The translations under genes and the position numbers were made by a program. The notes beneath the pieces are model-generated. The model was not told the origin of the DNA, ran no database searches, and was given only the letters and a program-made list of their open reading frames with translations. DNA of 63,933 nt, counting the filler, from Octopus bimaculoides (Eukaryota), in NCBI RefSeq assembly GCF_001194135.2. It is 8 parts of 5 records of this genome, joined end to end, with 100 filler letters (N's around TTAATTAATTAA, not from the genome) between each part and the next. Parts side by side here need not be neighbours in the genome. Positions count along the whole stretch, not along the records: positions 35,837 to 43,048 come from NC_068984.1; positions 43,149 to 47,136 come from NC_068982.1; positions 47,237 to 59,135 come from NC_068982.1; 5 more parts are not named here. The stretch is one strand, 5' to 3'. Positions 36,991 through 48,549 of this stretch are shown piece after piece. Position 1 is the first letter of the stretch. Every line of letters starts with the position of its first letter.

Positions 36991-37205
36991 GCATGTGTGA
37001 GTGTGTGTAAGTGTGTGTGTGTGTGTGTGTGTTTTGGCACCACTCGCTCGGAAACAGGTTCAGCAAAAAAAGATCGATGGTATACGTACTGGGCTTAAAA
37101 ATGAATACACTGGTGTCGGCTCAATCCTAGTTCCATTCAACCCTTCAAGGCGATGCCCCAGCATGGCCACAATCGAAACAAGACTGAAACAAATAAAACA
37201 GTTAA
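36525..37205 (+). mobile_element. Family B SINE spanning a gap
   Basis: Head gtggtatgtggtgagc...ggttcggttcc...ggcaccttgagcaagtgttttctactgtagc; tail ccccagcatggccacaatc...gactgaaac. Confidence 0.75.
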
Positions 37206-37251
37206 AAGTTAAAGTTATACGACTATTATATCTTATCATGGTATGCCTGTA

Positions 37252-37470
37252 TAAGGCGGGTAGCTGGCAGAATTCTTAGCAAGGCGAGCAAAATGCTTAA
37301 CTGCATTTCGTCCGTCTTTACGTTCTCAGTTCAAATAGTTTTCGTCAACCAGTTCCACTCACAAGGCTTTAATCGGCTCGGGACTAGATTAGAAAGCACT
37401 TGCTCAAAATACCAGACAGCAGAACCAAACCCGGAAACATGTGGGTCCGAAGCAAGCTTCTTCCCACACA
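37252..37470. mobile_element. Family C SINE head (+, 37252-37345) fused to a family B 5' part (-, 37345-37470)
   Basis: aaggcgggtagctggcagaattc...gttctcagttcaaat, then ccactcacaaggcttt...cacttgctcaaa...aaacccggaaacatgtgggtccgaagcaagc. Confidence 0.7.
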
Positions 37471-37654
37471 GGTACACGTAGAAACAATCCCCCCACAACA
37501 TGCCCATATTTTAATATACATGTACATACAGAAATTCTTATACAAAGATATGCGCATATATCTTAGACACGCGCAAACATACAATATATACACACATATA
37601 CACGCTAATATGGACACGTACATGTATACGCTAATGTACACATACATACTCTCT

Positions 37655-37891
37655 TTTACTCTTTTACTCTTTTACTCTTTTACTTGTTTCAGTCATTTGA
37701 CTGTGGCCATGCTGGAGCACCGCCTTTAGTCGAGCTAATCGACCCCAGGACTTATTCTTTGTAAGCCTAGTACTTATTCTATCGGTCTCTTTTTGCCGAA
37801 CCGCTAAGTTACGGGGACGTAAACACACCAGCATCGGTTGTCAAGCGATGGTGGGGGGGGACAAACACAGACACACAAACACACAAACACA
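37655..37891 (-). mobile_element. Young family B SINE 3' half (CpG intact)
   Basis: Reverse complement of ccatcgcttgacaaccgatgctggtgtgtttacgtccccgtaacttagcggttcggcaaaagagaccgatagaataagtactaggcttac...gtaaaagagtaaaagag. Confidence 0.92.
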
Positions 37892-38246
37892 CACACACAC
37901 ANNNNNNNNNNNNNNNNNNNNNNNNNNNNNNNNNNNNNNNNNNNNNNNNNNNNNNNNNNNNNNNNNNNNNNNNNNNNNNNNNNNNNNNNNNNNNNNNNNN
38001 NNNNNNNNNNNNNNNNNNNNNNNNNNNNNNNNNNNNNNNNNNNNNNNNNNNNNNNNNNNNNNNNNNNNNNNNNNNNNNNNNNNNNNNNNNNNNNNNNNNN
38101 NNNNNNNNNNNNNNNNNNNNNNNNNNNNNNNNNNNNNNNNNNNNNNNNNNNNNNNNNNNNNNNNNNNNNNNNNNNNNNNNNNNNNNNNNNNNNNNNNNNN
38201 NNNNNNNNNNNNNNNNNNNNNNNNNNNNNNNNNNNNNNNNNNNNNN

Positions 38247-38278
<32 letters not shown>

Positions 38279-40368
38279 CGTATATATACACAGTCACATA
38301 TGTATTAATCATTAATTTATATACTCACAATCACTGGCAAACACATACCGGCCGGTATTTTTATACGCACGTTCATGTACATTTATATATATATATATAT
38401 ATATACTTACTGATATATACATACTGATATATACACATGCTTGCACATACACTAGTTTCACGTATACAATCTTGTCATGTATCCTACATCAACACTCAAC
38501 TTCGCTTCCCATCTACTTTAGTAAGACATTTTTTTATGAGTGACCTCTTTCTTAACGTCACCTTCTACCACGCTTCACCCCTACCCCCACCGTCGTCAGG
38601 GATGCTGGGACGAGATTAAATGTTCTGTATCCGTCATGATCAGTCGGACATGGTGACTTATCTGTAAAGGTCACACACGTGACGTCCCCTTTTTTTTTCA
38701 CTCTTCACCCTTCTGTCCCCTAAACCCTGTCAGTCATTTGTTACGTCAATAAGAAGGTTGTGATAGTGTTCTCTGCCTTAGCGTTGGGTTCAATGGGGGT
38801 GGAGTTACGGTGACGAGATATAGCGTAAAGATACTTGGGTATGATGAAAGTTCTGATGTGGAGAAGACTGGTAGTTGTTTGCTTTCGGATAAGAAAATCT
38901 TTTGTTATTGTAGTTGAGAAAGCTTATAACCAAAGGTAATCCAGCGGTGACCTTCCCATCGTCTTCCTATATACTGGGTACCCAGAACCACAGTATCTAA
39001 TGTGTTCTTTTTAAAAAGTATAGAGTGAGAAATCTACTATTTGTACGAAGTCAAACAACAACGTAGGCTTCCTCGAAGCATAGTTTAAAGAACTGGCTGC
39101 TATTTCTAGTTAGTCAAGAATTAGTCTTGAGATATCTTTGTCATAAATAGTGGCTCTGATGATCAAATTTAAACGTTATAAAGAGATAAAGATGCCTTAC
39201 AACGAAATGACAGCCATTTTATCGCTCCTTCTATCTCAGATGAAAAGCAAGAGTCCAAACGTTACATTTCCTAGACTTTACACAAGTGAAACTTACTAAA
39301 TTCCTCTAGAAGTCTGCTATAAATTTCACATGCCAAATGAAGGTTTTTGCATGACAGAGTTTCATGAGAGTAATGGTCACGTTGAGTTGCAAGTGTTGTT
39401 CAGACTAGCAAGAACAGATAAGCTTCGTTGCTTCAATGAATGCGAGACGTGCAATGCGAGACGTGCAATGCGAGCCTAAGATATATAAATGAAAGCGTAT
39501 GAATCAAATTTTGAAATAAATTTTCCGTGTTTCATGCGAGAGCTGAGAAGAGCTTGCTTACATATCCTATATCACTCAGATTCTATTAATTCTAAAAGCT
39601 GTGTGATCTGGCTTTAAGTATCATCGTACCTGGAACAGACCTGTAATCAAACGTGAGACTTCTGCCATATTCAGTACCTAGATATGAAGGAGATTTGGCT
39701 GTTATCTATGGGGCAAACTTCAACAAAGGGCTTCCCTAATTGTTTTGTATTACGAATGTGTTTCTATAGCGTGAGCTGAGGCAGAGTCTTGATAGAGTTC
39801 AGTGAGAGGATCTTGTTGGTATGACACATCCTCCCTCCATTGGAGCATATTTTCAAGGCCTTTGATCACGCAAGTAGTGCATGTCTGATGTTAGAAGTTG
39901 AAGTTGTGTGCTAATGTTGTTCGATAGCTAACAGAGAATGATTAACTGATACCTCTGAATTAGGATTCAATAAGATCTGTCACAGTGTGGGTTCATGGTG
40001 GGGGCAAAATATTATGTGAGAGGAGGGTTGATGGTTTGTATGAGCTGGGTGAAGTAATACAAAACTAGCATTTTTTCCTTCAGTAAAAGAAACTTCGTTT
40101 ATCATTGGAACATACAACAGATTTTATGCAGATGAGATCTTTTAATTACTGAAATATACATAGGTTTATAAAAATACTTGGGCAATGTTGTGATAATCCA
40201 ATGACAAATGTGTGTGTGCGTTTATTTGCGTATAGAGACTTGCGGTCACTTTATCCGTCTTCTAGAGGGTATATAAGCTATCTTCACAGCCATTCCACGT
40301 TCGAGAATTCTTTTATGTTCTGCAGAATACCGATTCAGTCGGCGCATATAAGTTTGTTTGCAAAATGT

Positions 40369-40406
<38 letters not shown>

Positions 40407-40926
40407 AATGAATAGCAATATATGATACTGTAACAAGGACTGTTATAGTTCTTAAATTTGACAGGAATAGGAAGGCTGATTCGCTGGTGTAAAGGTAACA
40501 CACTAAGTCGCATTAACAAAGGGATGTGGGTTCGACTCCCACGTGGTTTGAAAAGCCTTCTTTTTTCCGTCGAGGACTATTTTCCTTAGTTATTGCACGG
40601 TGATCGCCATAAGATTTAAGCTTATATAAAATACCATTATTACTATTGACAGGATTGTAAAAATGACGCCTTATGAAAAACCATTCGCACGAAAGTATAT
40701 ATATATGTATGTATGTATATATATATATATGTGTGTGTGTGTATACATTGTTATTACCATTGTTTACACTGAGACCTGGAGCGTTTATTTACATAATATT
40801 TATCCATAATGCGTCTGTGCAGGTTTAGATATAAACTATGGCTGTTATTGTTTTGTACGTCAAAAAAGAATAATTTATCTCTTTTACGACGGCATTATAT
40901 TCAACACACTCAGCTCATTGGCACAT

Positions 40927-40983
40927 GGGGATCTGGAACACTGATGTTTCGACATGTTGTGTCTCGTCAGTCAGAAGTACCCG
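40927..40983 (-). ncRNA. Hammerhead-ribozyme-like motif (type I, minimal)
   Basis: Minus strand UCUGA CUGACGA GACA-caaca-UGUC GAAA CA-ucag-UGU U CCAGA: intact core, 4-bp helix II, 3-bp helix III, GUU triplet, 4-bp helix I with an A.C mismatch at 1.1/2.1. Confidence 0.6.
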
Positions 40984-41984
40984 GACCTTTGAGCCGGAGC
41001 CAATCCACTGGCTTTGTTTCGGCGAACAACCTGTTTGCTGATCTGTACTTATGTCTACCAACATATACAAGCAACAATGGTAAGACCGTCAATGAGTATT
41101 TGCATATACATTCTTAATACGTCTAGGCAAGTTCTCTGAAAATACTAGGAGTTGCTCCTGCTCTGTAAATTAATTCACTGAATGTTCTTCTAAGGTAATA
41201 CAGCTTAAAAACGAAAATAGATATCTGTGTATTATTGGTTATAACGCTGATGTTGCGTTTGGTGCAACGCACACGACTTAAGTAGGGAAGCAAGGCGAAA
41301 GATAGTATGACTAAGACCGGTATCTAAATAGAAAAACGTCAACAACCCGAAACTATTTTCCTAACAGAAATCTTTCTCTAATCTTTTGTCTCATGTCAAA
41401 TTACATTACGTTTCGTGGCATATTGAAATATGAAGAGTGCTACATTAATTATTAAAAAATTCTACTCTACTTTCAGAAACAAGGTATACACATTTTACCT
41501 ATTCAGGTGTGACAATGATTGGCATTTCATATATATATATATATATANNNNNNNNNNNNNNNNNNNNNNNNNNNNNNNNNNNNNNNNNNNNNNNNNNNNN
41601 NNNNNNNNNNNNNNNNNNNNNNNNNNNNNNNNNNNNNNNNNNNNNNNNNNNNNNNNNNNNNNNNNNNNNNNNNNNNNNNNNNNNNNNNNNNNNNNNNNNN
41701 NNNNNNNNNNNNNNNNNNNNNNNNNNNNNNNNNNNNNNNNNNNNNNNNNNNNNNNNNNNNNNNNNNNNNNNNNNNNNNNNNNNNNNNNNNNNNNNNNNNN
41801 NNNNNNNNNNNNNNNNNNNNNNNNNNNNNNNNNNNNNNNNNNNNNNTATATATATGATATACTTACTTGGAAATGGATGCGTTGCGTTCAATTAAATAAT
41901 AAATAATAGATGATACATGAATATGTGCTCCAGCATGGCCACAGTCAAAATGACTGAAACAAGCTAAAGCATAAAAGAATATAT

Positions 41985-42197
41985 AAGGCGGCAAGATGGC
42001 AAAGCCGTCACCGCACCGGGCATTGTGCTTAGTGTCATTTCGCCCGTCTTTATGTTCTGAGTTCAAATTCTGCCGAGGTTGACTTTGCCCTTCATCCCTT
42101 CGCGGTCCATAAAATAAGTGTCAGTCGGGAACCGGGGTCGATGTAATCGACTTTCGCCTTCTCTTTAATTGCTGGCCTTGTGCTAAAATTTGAAATC
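41985..42197 (+). mobile_element. Family C SINE
   Basis: aaggcggcaagatggc...gttctgagttcaaattctgccgaggttgactttgcc...ggggtcgatgtaatcgac. Confidence 0.85.
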
Positions 42198-42256
42198 TAT
42201 ATAAATACGCACTGTATATTCCCTCTTCAGGCGTTTATTATTGCTTTTATTTTTTA

Positions 42257-42457
42257 AGGCGGCGAGCTGGCAGAATCGTTAGAACGCTTAGCGGTATTTC
42301 GTCTGTCTTTACGTTCTGAGTTCAAATTCCGCCGGGGTCGACTTTGCCTTTCATCCTTTCAGGGTCGATAAATTAAGTACCTGTTGCGTACTGGGGCCGA
42401 TCTAATCGACTGGCCCTCTCCCACAAAACTTCGGGCCTTGTGCCTAGAACAGAAAAG
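42257..42457 (+). mobile_element. Young family C SINE (reference copy)
   Basis: aggcggcgagctggcagaatcgttag...gttctgagttcaaattccgcc...ttcgggccttgtgcctagaacagaaaaga; A and B boxes, CpG intact. Confidence 0.92.
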
Positions 42458-43148
42458 ATTATTGTTCTTATTTTATCTTATGTACATTGTCTGGAAATCT
42501 TTTGTCACACATCTATGACCTCCTCAGTGATTCTTTCATTTCATGTGTCTCGTCCTATTCTGTTTGTCCATTCGCCATATATAAATCAGTGAAAAGTTTA
42601 AAAATAAAAGCTAAAAAACTGATAACATATTCAATAAAAAAAATTTTAAACAAGGAATTAGGAGATTCAGAAATTTAACAAAATAGGCATTGTGTGGACG
42701 TATGAATACACACGCACATACACACACACACAAACATATATATATATGTATATGTACAAATATATACACACGTATTCGGATACAGACTGTTTAAACAAAT
42801 TTATTTTATTTAGAACTAATACACATATATAGTACACTGAGTGTGTTTATATATACTTGGTAATCAGTCTAAAAGAGTTCAACGACTAAGTTTTTTCTGC
42901 AGTGCTGCCACGAGACGTACAGAATGCAAGTCTTTTACGTTCTGTAGATATACAATCATAAAATCACAAACGCACATATATTTATATGCACATATATATA
43001 TGTATAGATATATATATGTATAGATATATATATGTATATATATATATANNNNNNNNNNNNNNNNNNNNNNNNNNNNNNNNNNNNNNNNNNNNTTAATTAA
43101 TTAANNNNNNNNNNNNNNNNNNNNNNNNNNNNNNNNNNNNNNNNNNNN

Positions 43149-43191
<43 letters not shown>

Positions 43192-44333
43192 TATGCGTGT
43201 ATATATATTTGTTTGTGCACACTCACATACATATGTATATAAGCTTTTTTTTACATTTATTTAATGATTATATGTTGTCATATTGTTATATTTTATATTC
43301 CTTATTCATTATCTTTCGGAGTTGATCAGACTCATTTTACCATCTGTCCTGTATCAGTCCCTTAACGTAACAGTTAAGAACAATATTTTATTCATTAGAT
43401 ACAATGTTGCGCTAAAAAAAATATTACAGTTTGTTCCCTGGATATTATTTAAATACTAGTTTGCACGGCAATTATGCATTTTATGAAACACATTAAATGT
43501 CTGTGTCGTTTTTTTTAATAACTATATGCAATAATATTAGCACCGAGCTGCATATTATATGCAAAGTAAGCACTTTGTTGTAACTGTATATAGATTAGTG
43601 TATACAAAGTTTCAATACAAAATAAAAATTTGACTTTGATTAAGATAAACTGAAATATAGAGTGAAATCTACGTACATTGATGGTCTGCTTGTATTCTCT
43701 TATACGCAGCCACTTATTCATATAAATATCTACCAGACTTCTTGCTGATGTCTGATAAATATTTATGTGCATATTTGATCTTCACGTCAGTCATATTTTG
43801 ACTTACTAATTTCAATGTTGTTTATTCTTTACTTAATTATTTTACTGGTTTAGATATTTTGGTCACCACCTTCATATATCTTTGTTAAATATATCCTCCT
43901 AAAATATATTTTCTCGATGTCAGTCGATTAGATTTTAAAAAGAATTAATTACTTCACTTTATAGAGAAAATTACATTTCAGCAGTGAAATACACGAGCTA
44001 TTTATGGTGGAATATACTGGTATAAGCAAAAGTAAATATAGCAAAACAGGCATAGAAATTTTTATTTGCACAGTGGCCTGAAGACATGAACACGGATTTC
44101 TACAATACAGACACTCATGTTCACACGAATTTCAAAATGCATGCAAACAGCCATAACAGGCAAACATACTCATCGAATCCATAGGGGACAAACGCTTGTA
44201 GAATCAAACACAAGCAAGCCTACACGAAAACATATTGCACATATTGCGGATGCAAAACATGCACAGAAATGCACGCGTAGACTTCCTGTGTGCATGATTT
44301 TTACGCATGCGCTGATCGTGCATGTGCAAACAT

Positions 44334-44334
<1 letters not shown>

Positions 44335-44373
<39 letters not shown>

Positions 44374-44762
44374 TCACAAAAGTGTGCCTTCGGCTAATGG
44401 CCTATGGCCATGTCTTCTTCTTCTTCTTCTTCTTCTTCGTCTTCTTCTTCTTCTTCTTCTTCTTCTCCTTCTTGTTCTTCTTGTTCTTCTTTTTCTTTTC
44501 TTCTTCTTCTTCTTCGTCTTCTTCTTCTTCTCCTTCTTCTTCTTCTGCTCCTTCTCCTTCTTCTTCTTCTTCTTCTTCTTCTTCTTCTTCTTCTTCTCAT
44601 TATTATTATTATTATTATTATTACTACTACTACAACTATTATTACCTCTTCTGGTACTTGCTGTAGTAGTTGTTGTTGTTGCTGTTGTTCTACATCTTCT
44701 TCTTCTTCTTCTTCTTCTTCTTCTTCTTCTTCTTCTTCTTCTTCTTCTTCTTCTTCTTCTTC

Positions 44763-44814
<52 letters not shown>

Positions 44815-44835
44815 CCTTCCTCTTCTTCTCCTTCC
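44335..44835 (+). repeat. (TG)n and long (CTT)n/(ATT)n/(GTT)n compound microsatellite
   Basis: Visible directly. Confidence 0.95.
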
Positions 44836-45170
44836 TCTTCACTATCTCTGGATAGTTTCTTTGTATGGTCGTTGTTATCATCATTACTATTTTATCGATT
44901 CAGTGATTTTCAATAGTATTTTGTACTAGTGTTACTATCAGTTGTTGTAGGTCACTTTTCGCTGGAATTTTTTCGCCATCGAAACGTTGTATGATGTGGC
45001 ATTTAGTACCATCTGATTTACGTGAGAAGCGGGTGCACTTTGTAAAAATTCCAGGTAATGACGGCAATACGAGAATGTGCACTTAGAAATTACATATATA
45101 TTGCTATGCGTTCATGCAACATATTTAATATTTGGTTGTGCACACAGGCATTATGTGTGTGTGGGGGGGG

Positions 45171-45210
<40 letters not shown>

Positions 45211-45352
45211 ATAATTTGTGTTGCGAGACCCTATCATACCTGATGTGAAACCGTGTGTTGAAACAGATATTGTTATATTCTGGGATTCTTCATTTTTACC
45301 TTTTTGGTGGCCAGGGTAAAGATGCAAATAAAGACATGCGCTATATATTCGT

Positions 45353-45541
45353 TCTTCACTCGTTTATTGCTGTTCTTATTTCATCTTATATCCATAGTCC
45401 GTAAATCTTTCGTCACACATCTGTGACATCTTCAGCGACCCATTCCGTCCTCCTGGTTCGCTTAATCTATTCTCTATGTGACGAAACATTTGAGAACAAT
45501 GGACATAAGACAGAATAACAACAGTAATAAACGAGTAAAGA
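45353..45541. repeat. Inverted repeat (45353-45416 / 45478-45541) with a hammerhead-like core on the minus strand (45408-45435); possible inverted PLE pseudo-LTR
   Basis: Minus strand CUGAAGA U GUCAC-agaugu-GUGAC GAAA. The arms share gtgacgaaa.attt..g.ac.atgga.ataaga..aataa.aacag.aataaacgagt.aaga. Confidence 0.6.
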
Positions 45542-46414
45542 GCCAATAATTACGAGAAAATCTTAATGATACGCCTTAAATGCACATCTATATTTTTTAG
45601 AAATTGATTAAATAGACCGAAATACTTTAAATGATGTTAATCAAGATCTAATTGCACAAACAATAACATTTGTTAAGTATAGTTGTTTAGAAGGTATTGC
45701 AATAGTTACTTCAAACACATAATGAAGTTTTTGATGAAAGGAATTGTCTCAGGAAAGAAGAGACATCATTATTTAATTGTTGCTATTTCCATCAACATTT
45801 CATCAAATATTTAAGATAAATATCAACAGTGGTAGATTTAATGCTTTACGAACTATCTCTTAGAAGTTGAAATAGTTTAACGATCGAAAACACGCAAACA
45901 GAATATGATTAGGAATAGCTGATAGGAGACTAAATGTGTATGTACATCCATATTGCCAATCAACATTACTATCGCTTTGTACTCTGCTACATTTATTAAG
46001 AAATCGATGCTTCAGTATTTCGTATGTGTATGATTTAATTTAAAATAAATCAGTGGAATATATATAAGTACATATAATACGAGGCAAACAGACACGAATT
46101 ACAGCGATACAAATTATATGATTTAATACAAGCTGCTGAAGGGGAACAATCACAACTCCGTGTTTCACTAGTTTTATATATCGTACGTCTAAGTTATATA
46201 AAACAAATGAACTCATCAGGCAATTTGGTGTATATTCACAGACTACATCACAAAATAATACAGATAGTACGCGATAATGTGTAGAGTAATCAAAGATTTC
46301 CCTTACACAGACAATACTCCTGGACGAGATAGAATTATACCCCTTAGACAGGTTTCAGTTGAGTCAAAAATAATCAATGTATGGACGATTCGTTTCCACA
46401 TTCTGAAAATAGTA

Positions 46415-47112
46415 ATCTCGTGTTTCCACTAAGAAATTCCTCTAATGACGGCATAGACTAAACACCACTTTTTTGCAGTTTAAAAATGTATCTAGGTCAA
46501 GAAAGTGTTTTGCTCTCTCGGTCAAGCAAAATTTACATCGTTTGCTCCCGTTGAGGAAGAGTTCCTGTCGTTCAAGCTGCTTCTATATAATTATGTATGA
46601 TGCACAATCTTCTTTTAAGCACCAGACGTAGCTGGTCAAGTGTGTATCTCTAGTATTCTAAAAGAGGACCTGCCAATATTAAGACGTTGCTTGAATGGAC
46701 CCTCTGAGGTTCCAACATATTTCCCTGCCTGAGCCCAAGTGCTGGTGTTGTTTCAATTGTTGTTGCTGTCGTTCTCGCTGCGAATGTTGTTGTTAGTGCC
46801 ATGCGAGTTGCTGCTTTATGTGTTGTTGTTGTTATTATTACTGTTATCGTTGCCATTGTTCCACTTGTTGCTGGACGCGATGTTGCTGCTGCTGCAACCG
46901 GCTGATGTTTTGTTGGTATTCACAACGCTGCCGCCTCTGACGTTAGTGCCAGACATCACCTCAGCTTCATAGACCAGGGTTTAGGAATTGTATCAAGCCC
47001 CACTGGGCATTTATTGCTGACACTACATGAGGATCCTTTCTCTGCTCGAGGTTTAAGTGCATTCACTAATAATTATTTAACGTTACGTTGGGTGCAGAGA
47101 TGAAACTGAGAC
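46415..47112 (-). mobile_element. Penelope-like element relic (copy 3): complete GIY-YIG domain with a 79-codon N/S-rich insert
   Basis: LLVNALKPRAEKGSSCSVSNKCPVG...TLVYEAEV-[79 codons]-YVGTSEGPFKQRLNIGRSSFR...TSYVWCLKEDCASYIII*KQLE...FLNGSKRCKFCLTERAK...FLNCKKVVFSLCRH. Confidence 0.9.
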
Positions 47113-47236
47113 TTATATATATATATATATATATATNNNNNNNNNNNNNNNNNNNNNNNNNNNNNNNNNNNNNNNNNNNNTTAATTAATTAANNNNNNNN
47201 NNNNNNNNNNNNNNNNNNNNNNNNNNNNNNNNNNNN

Positions 47237-47595
47237 ACCTATTGTCATAGGTGCCCTGGGAATGACAGCGAAACGGGCTGATTACTACCTAGCTCAGATA
47301 CCAGGAAACCCCAAAATGGCTGAAGTCCAAAAGATAGTGCTCATGGGAACTGCCCATATCCTACGTAAAATACTGTCTATGTGATCTCAAATTTTAAAGC
47401 AAACATAATTTTCTTATGGTTTCTTAAACATTCACTTGAACAAAACTGTACAAATCCAAATATATGGTACCCTAGGCATAACACCTACATGAACTTCTAA
47501 CTTGTTGTCTCTTGAGGTCTCTGGGTGAGACTTGGATCCAACTTGTACAAATGCAAAACAAAAGTCAAACATAAAATAATAATAATAATAATAAT
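47237..47595 (+). mobile_element. R4/Dong-type LINE 3' end (young subfamily) with (AAT)n tail
   Basis: PIVIGALGMTAKRADYYLAQIPGNPKMAEVQKIVLMGTAHILRKILSM* (stop at 47382-47384), ~190-nt UTR, then aataataat. Confidence 0.88.
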
Positions 47596-47599
47596 GGGC

Positions 47600-47785
47600 C
47601 CCAGCTACAAGGTCACGGGTTGTTTATCTTGATATGAGATCACCATGTCGTGCACATATAGTTGTGATTCATCTGCCTAGTGTACCCTTACCAGACTGGT
47701 AGTCATGATGGGTATACTGGGCTTCATATACTTTACCCCAGTGTCACTTTGATAGCATGCACTGCTCTCTCACTCAATAATAATA
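47600..47785 (+). mobile_element. 3' remnant of another retroposon with (AAT) tail
   Basis: gggtatactgggcttc...ttaccccagtgtcactttgatagcatgcactgctctctcactcaataataat. Recognised as a recurring octopus retroposon tail from memory only. Confidence 0.45.
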
Positions 47786-48549
47786 GAATTCATTTCTATT
47801 TTCCGAATGAAACGATGTATTTTAACTGTGCCACCTCGTCTCATCCACAACACCTCTAAACGCGCTAGCCACAATGCCAAACTGCTGGACTACACCCATG
47901 TAGGTAATACTCATTAAAAGTACTGGACTATATCCGAGTATATACATATTGGACTATATCCGATTAAGTACACATCACAAAAACGTGAGTACGTAAACTA
48001 ATTAAATACGGGTACACCCTAGTTTTACATGAACACATTTTAATATTTCAAAATGACATTAAGTAATGTATAAACAAGCTCGCGCACGCACACATGTAAA
48101 GCAATTGAATAAAAACAACCGACAAACACTACCCATAATTGATGACAAAAACATTAAACAGATACATATATATACATATACCCTCATCCCCCGGCATTAA
48201 ACAAATACATACCCCCATGGAAAAGATAGGGTGAATATTAGTTTTTTTGTTTGTTTCTTTGTCTCGTTTGACTACGTTTATTTGTTTATAATTATAGAAG
48301 CGGTACTCTATCAAATTGTCTACGCTAATAGATAAGACACGGAGCCTAGTACTAACACGAAAGTGTTAATGACAATTAACCAAAGCTCATAACGGATCAG
48401 ATGAAATATTAACAATGACAAATAGAAAGAATATTAACAATGACAAATATTAACTATGACAAATAGAAGACAAATATTAACAACGGCAAATAGAAGAAAT
48501 GGTTCACAGAAGTAGAGCTCGAAGCTATCAAAAGACGGGTATTGGAAAA

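Noticed and set aside
40809-41117. 102-aa plus-strand ORF ending near a gtaaga donor
   Set aside because: There is no recognisable domain or good acceptor. The region is better explained by the antisense hammerhead-like repeat.
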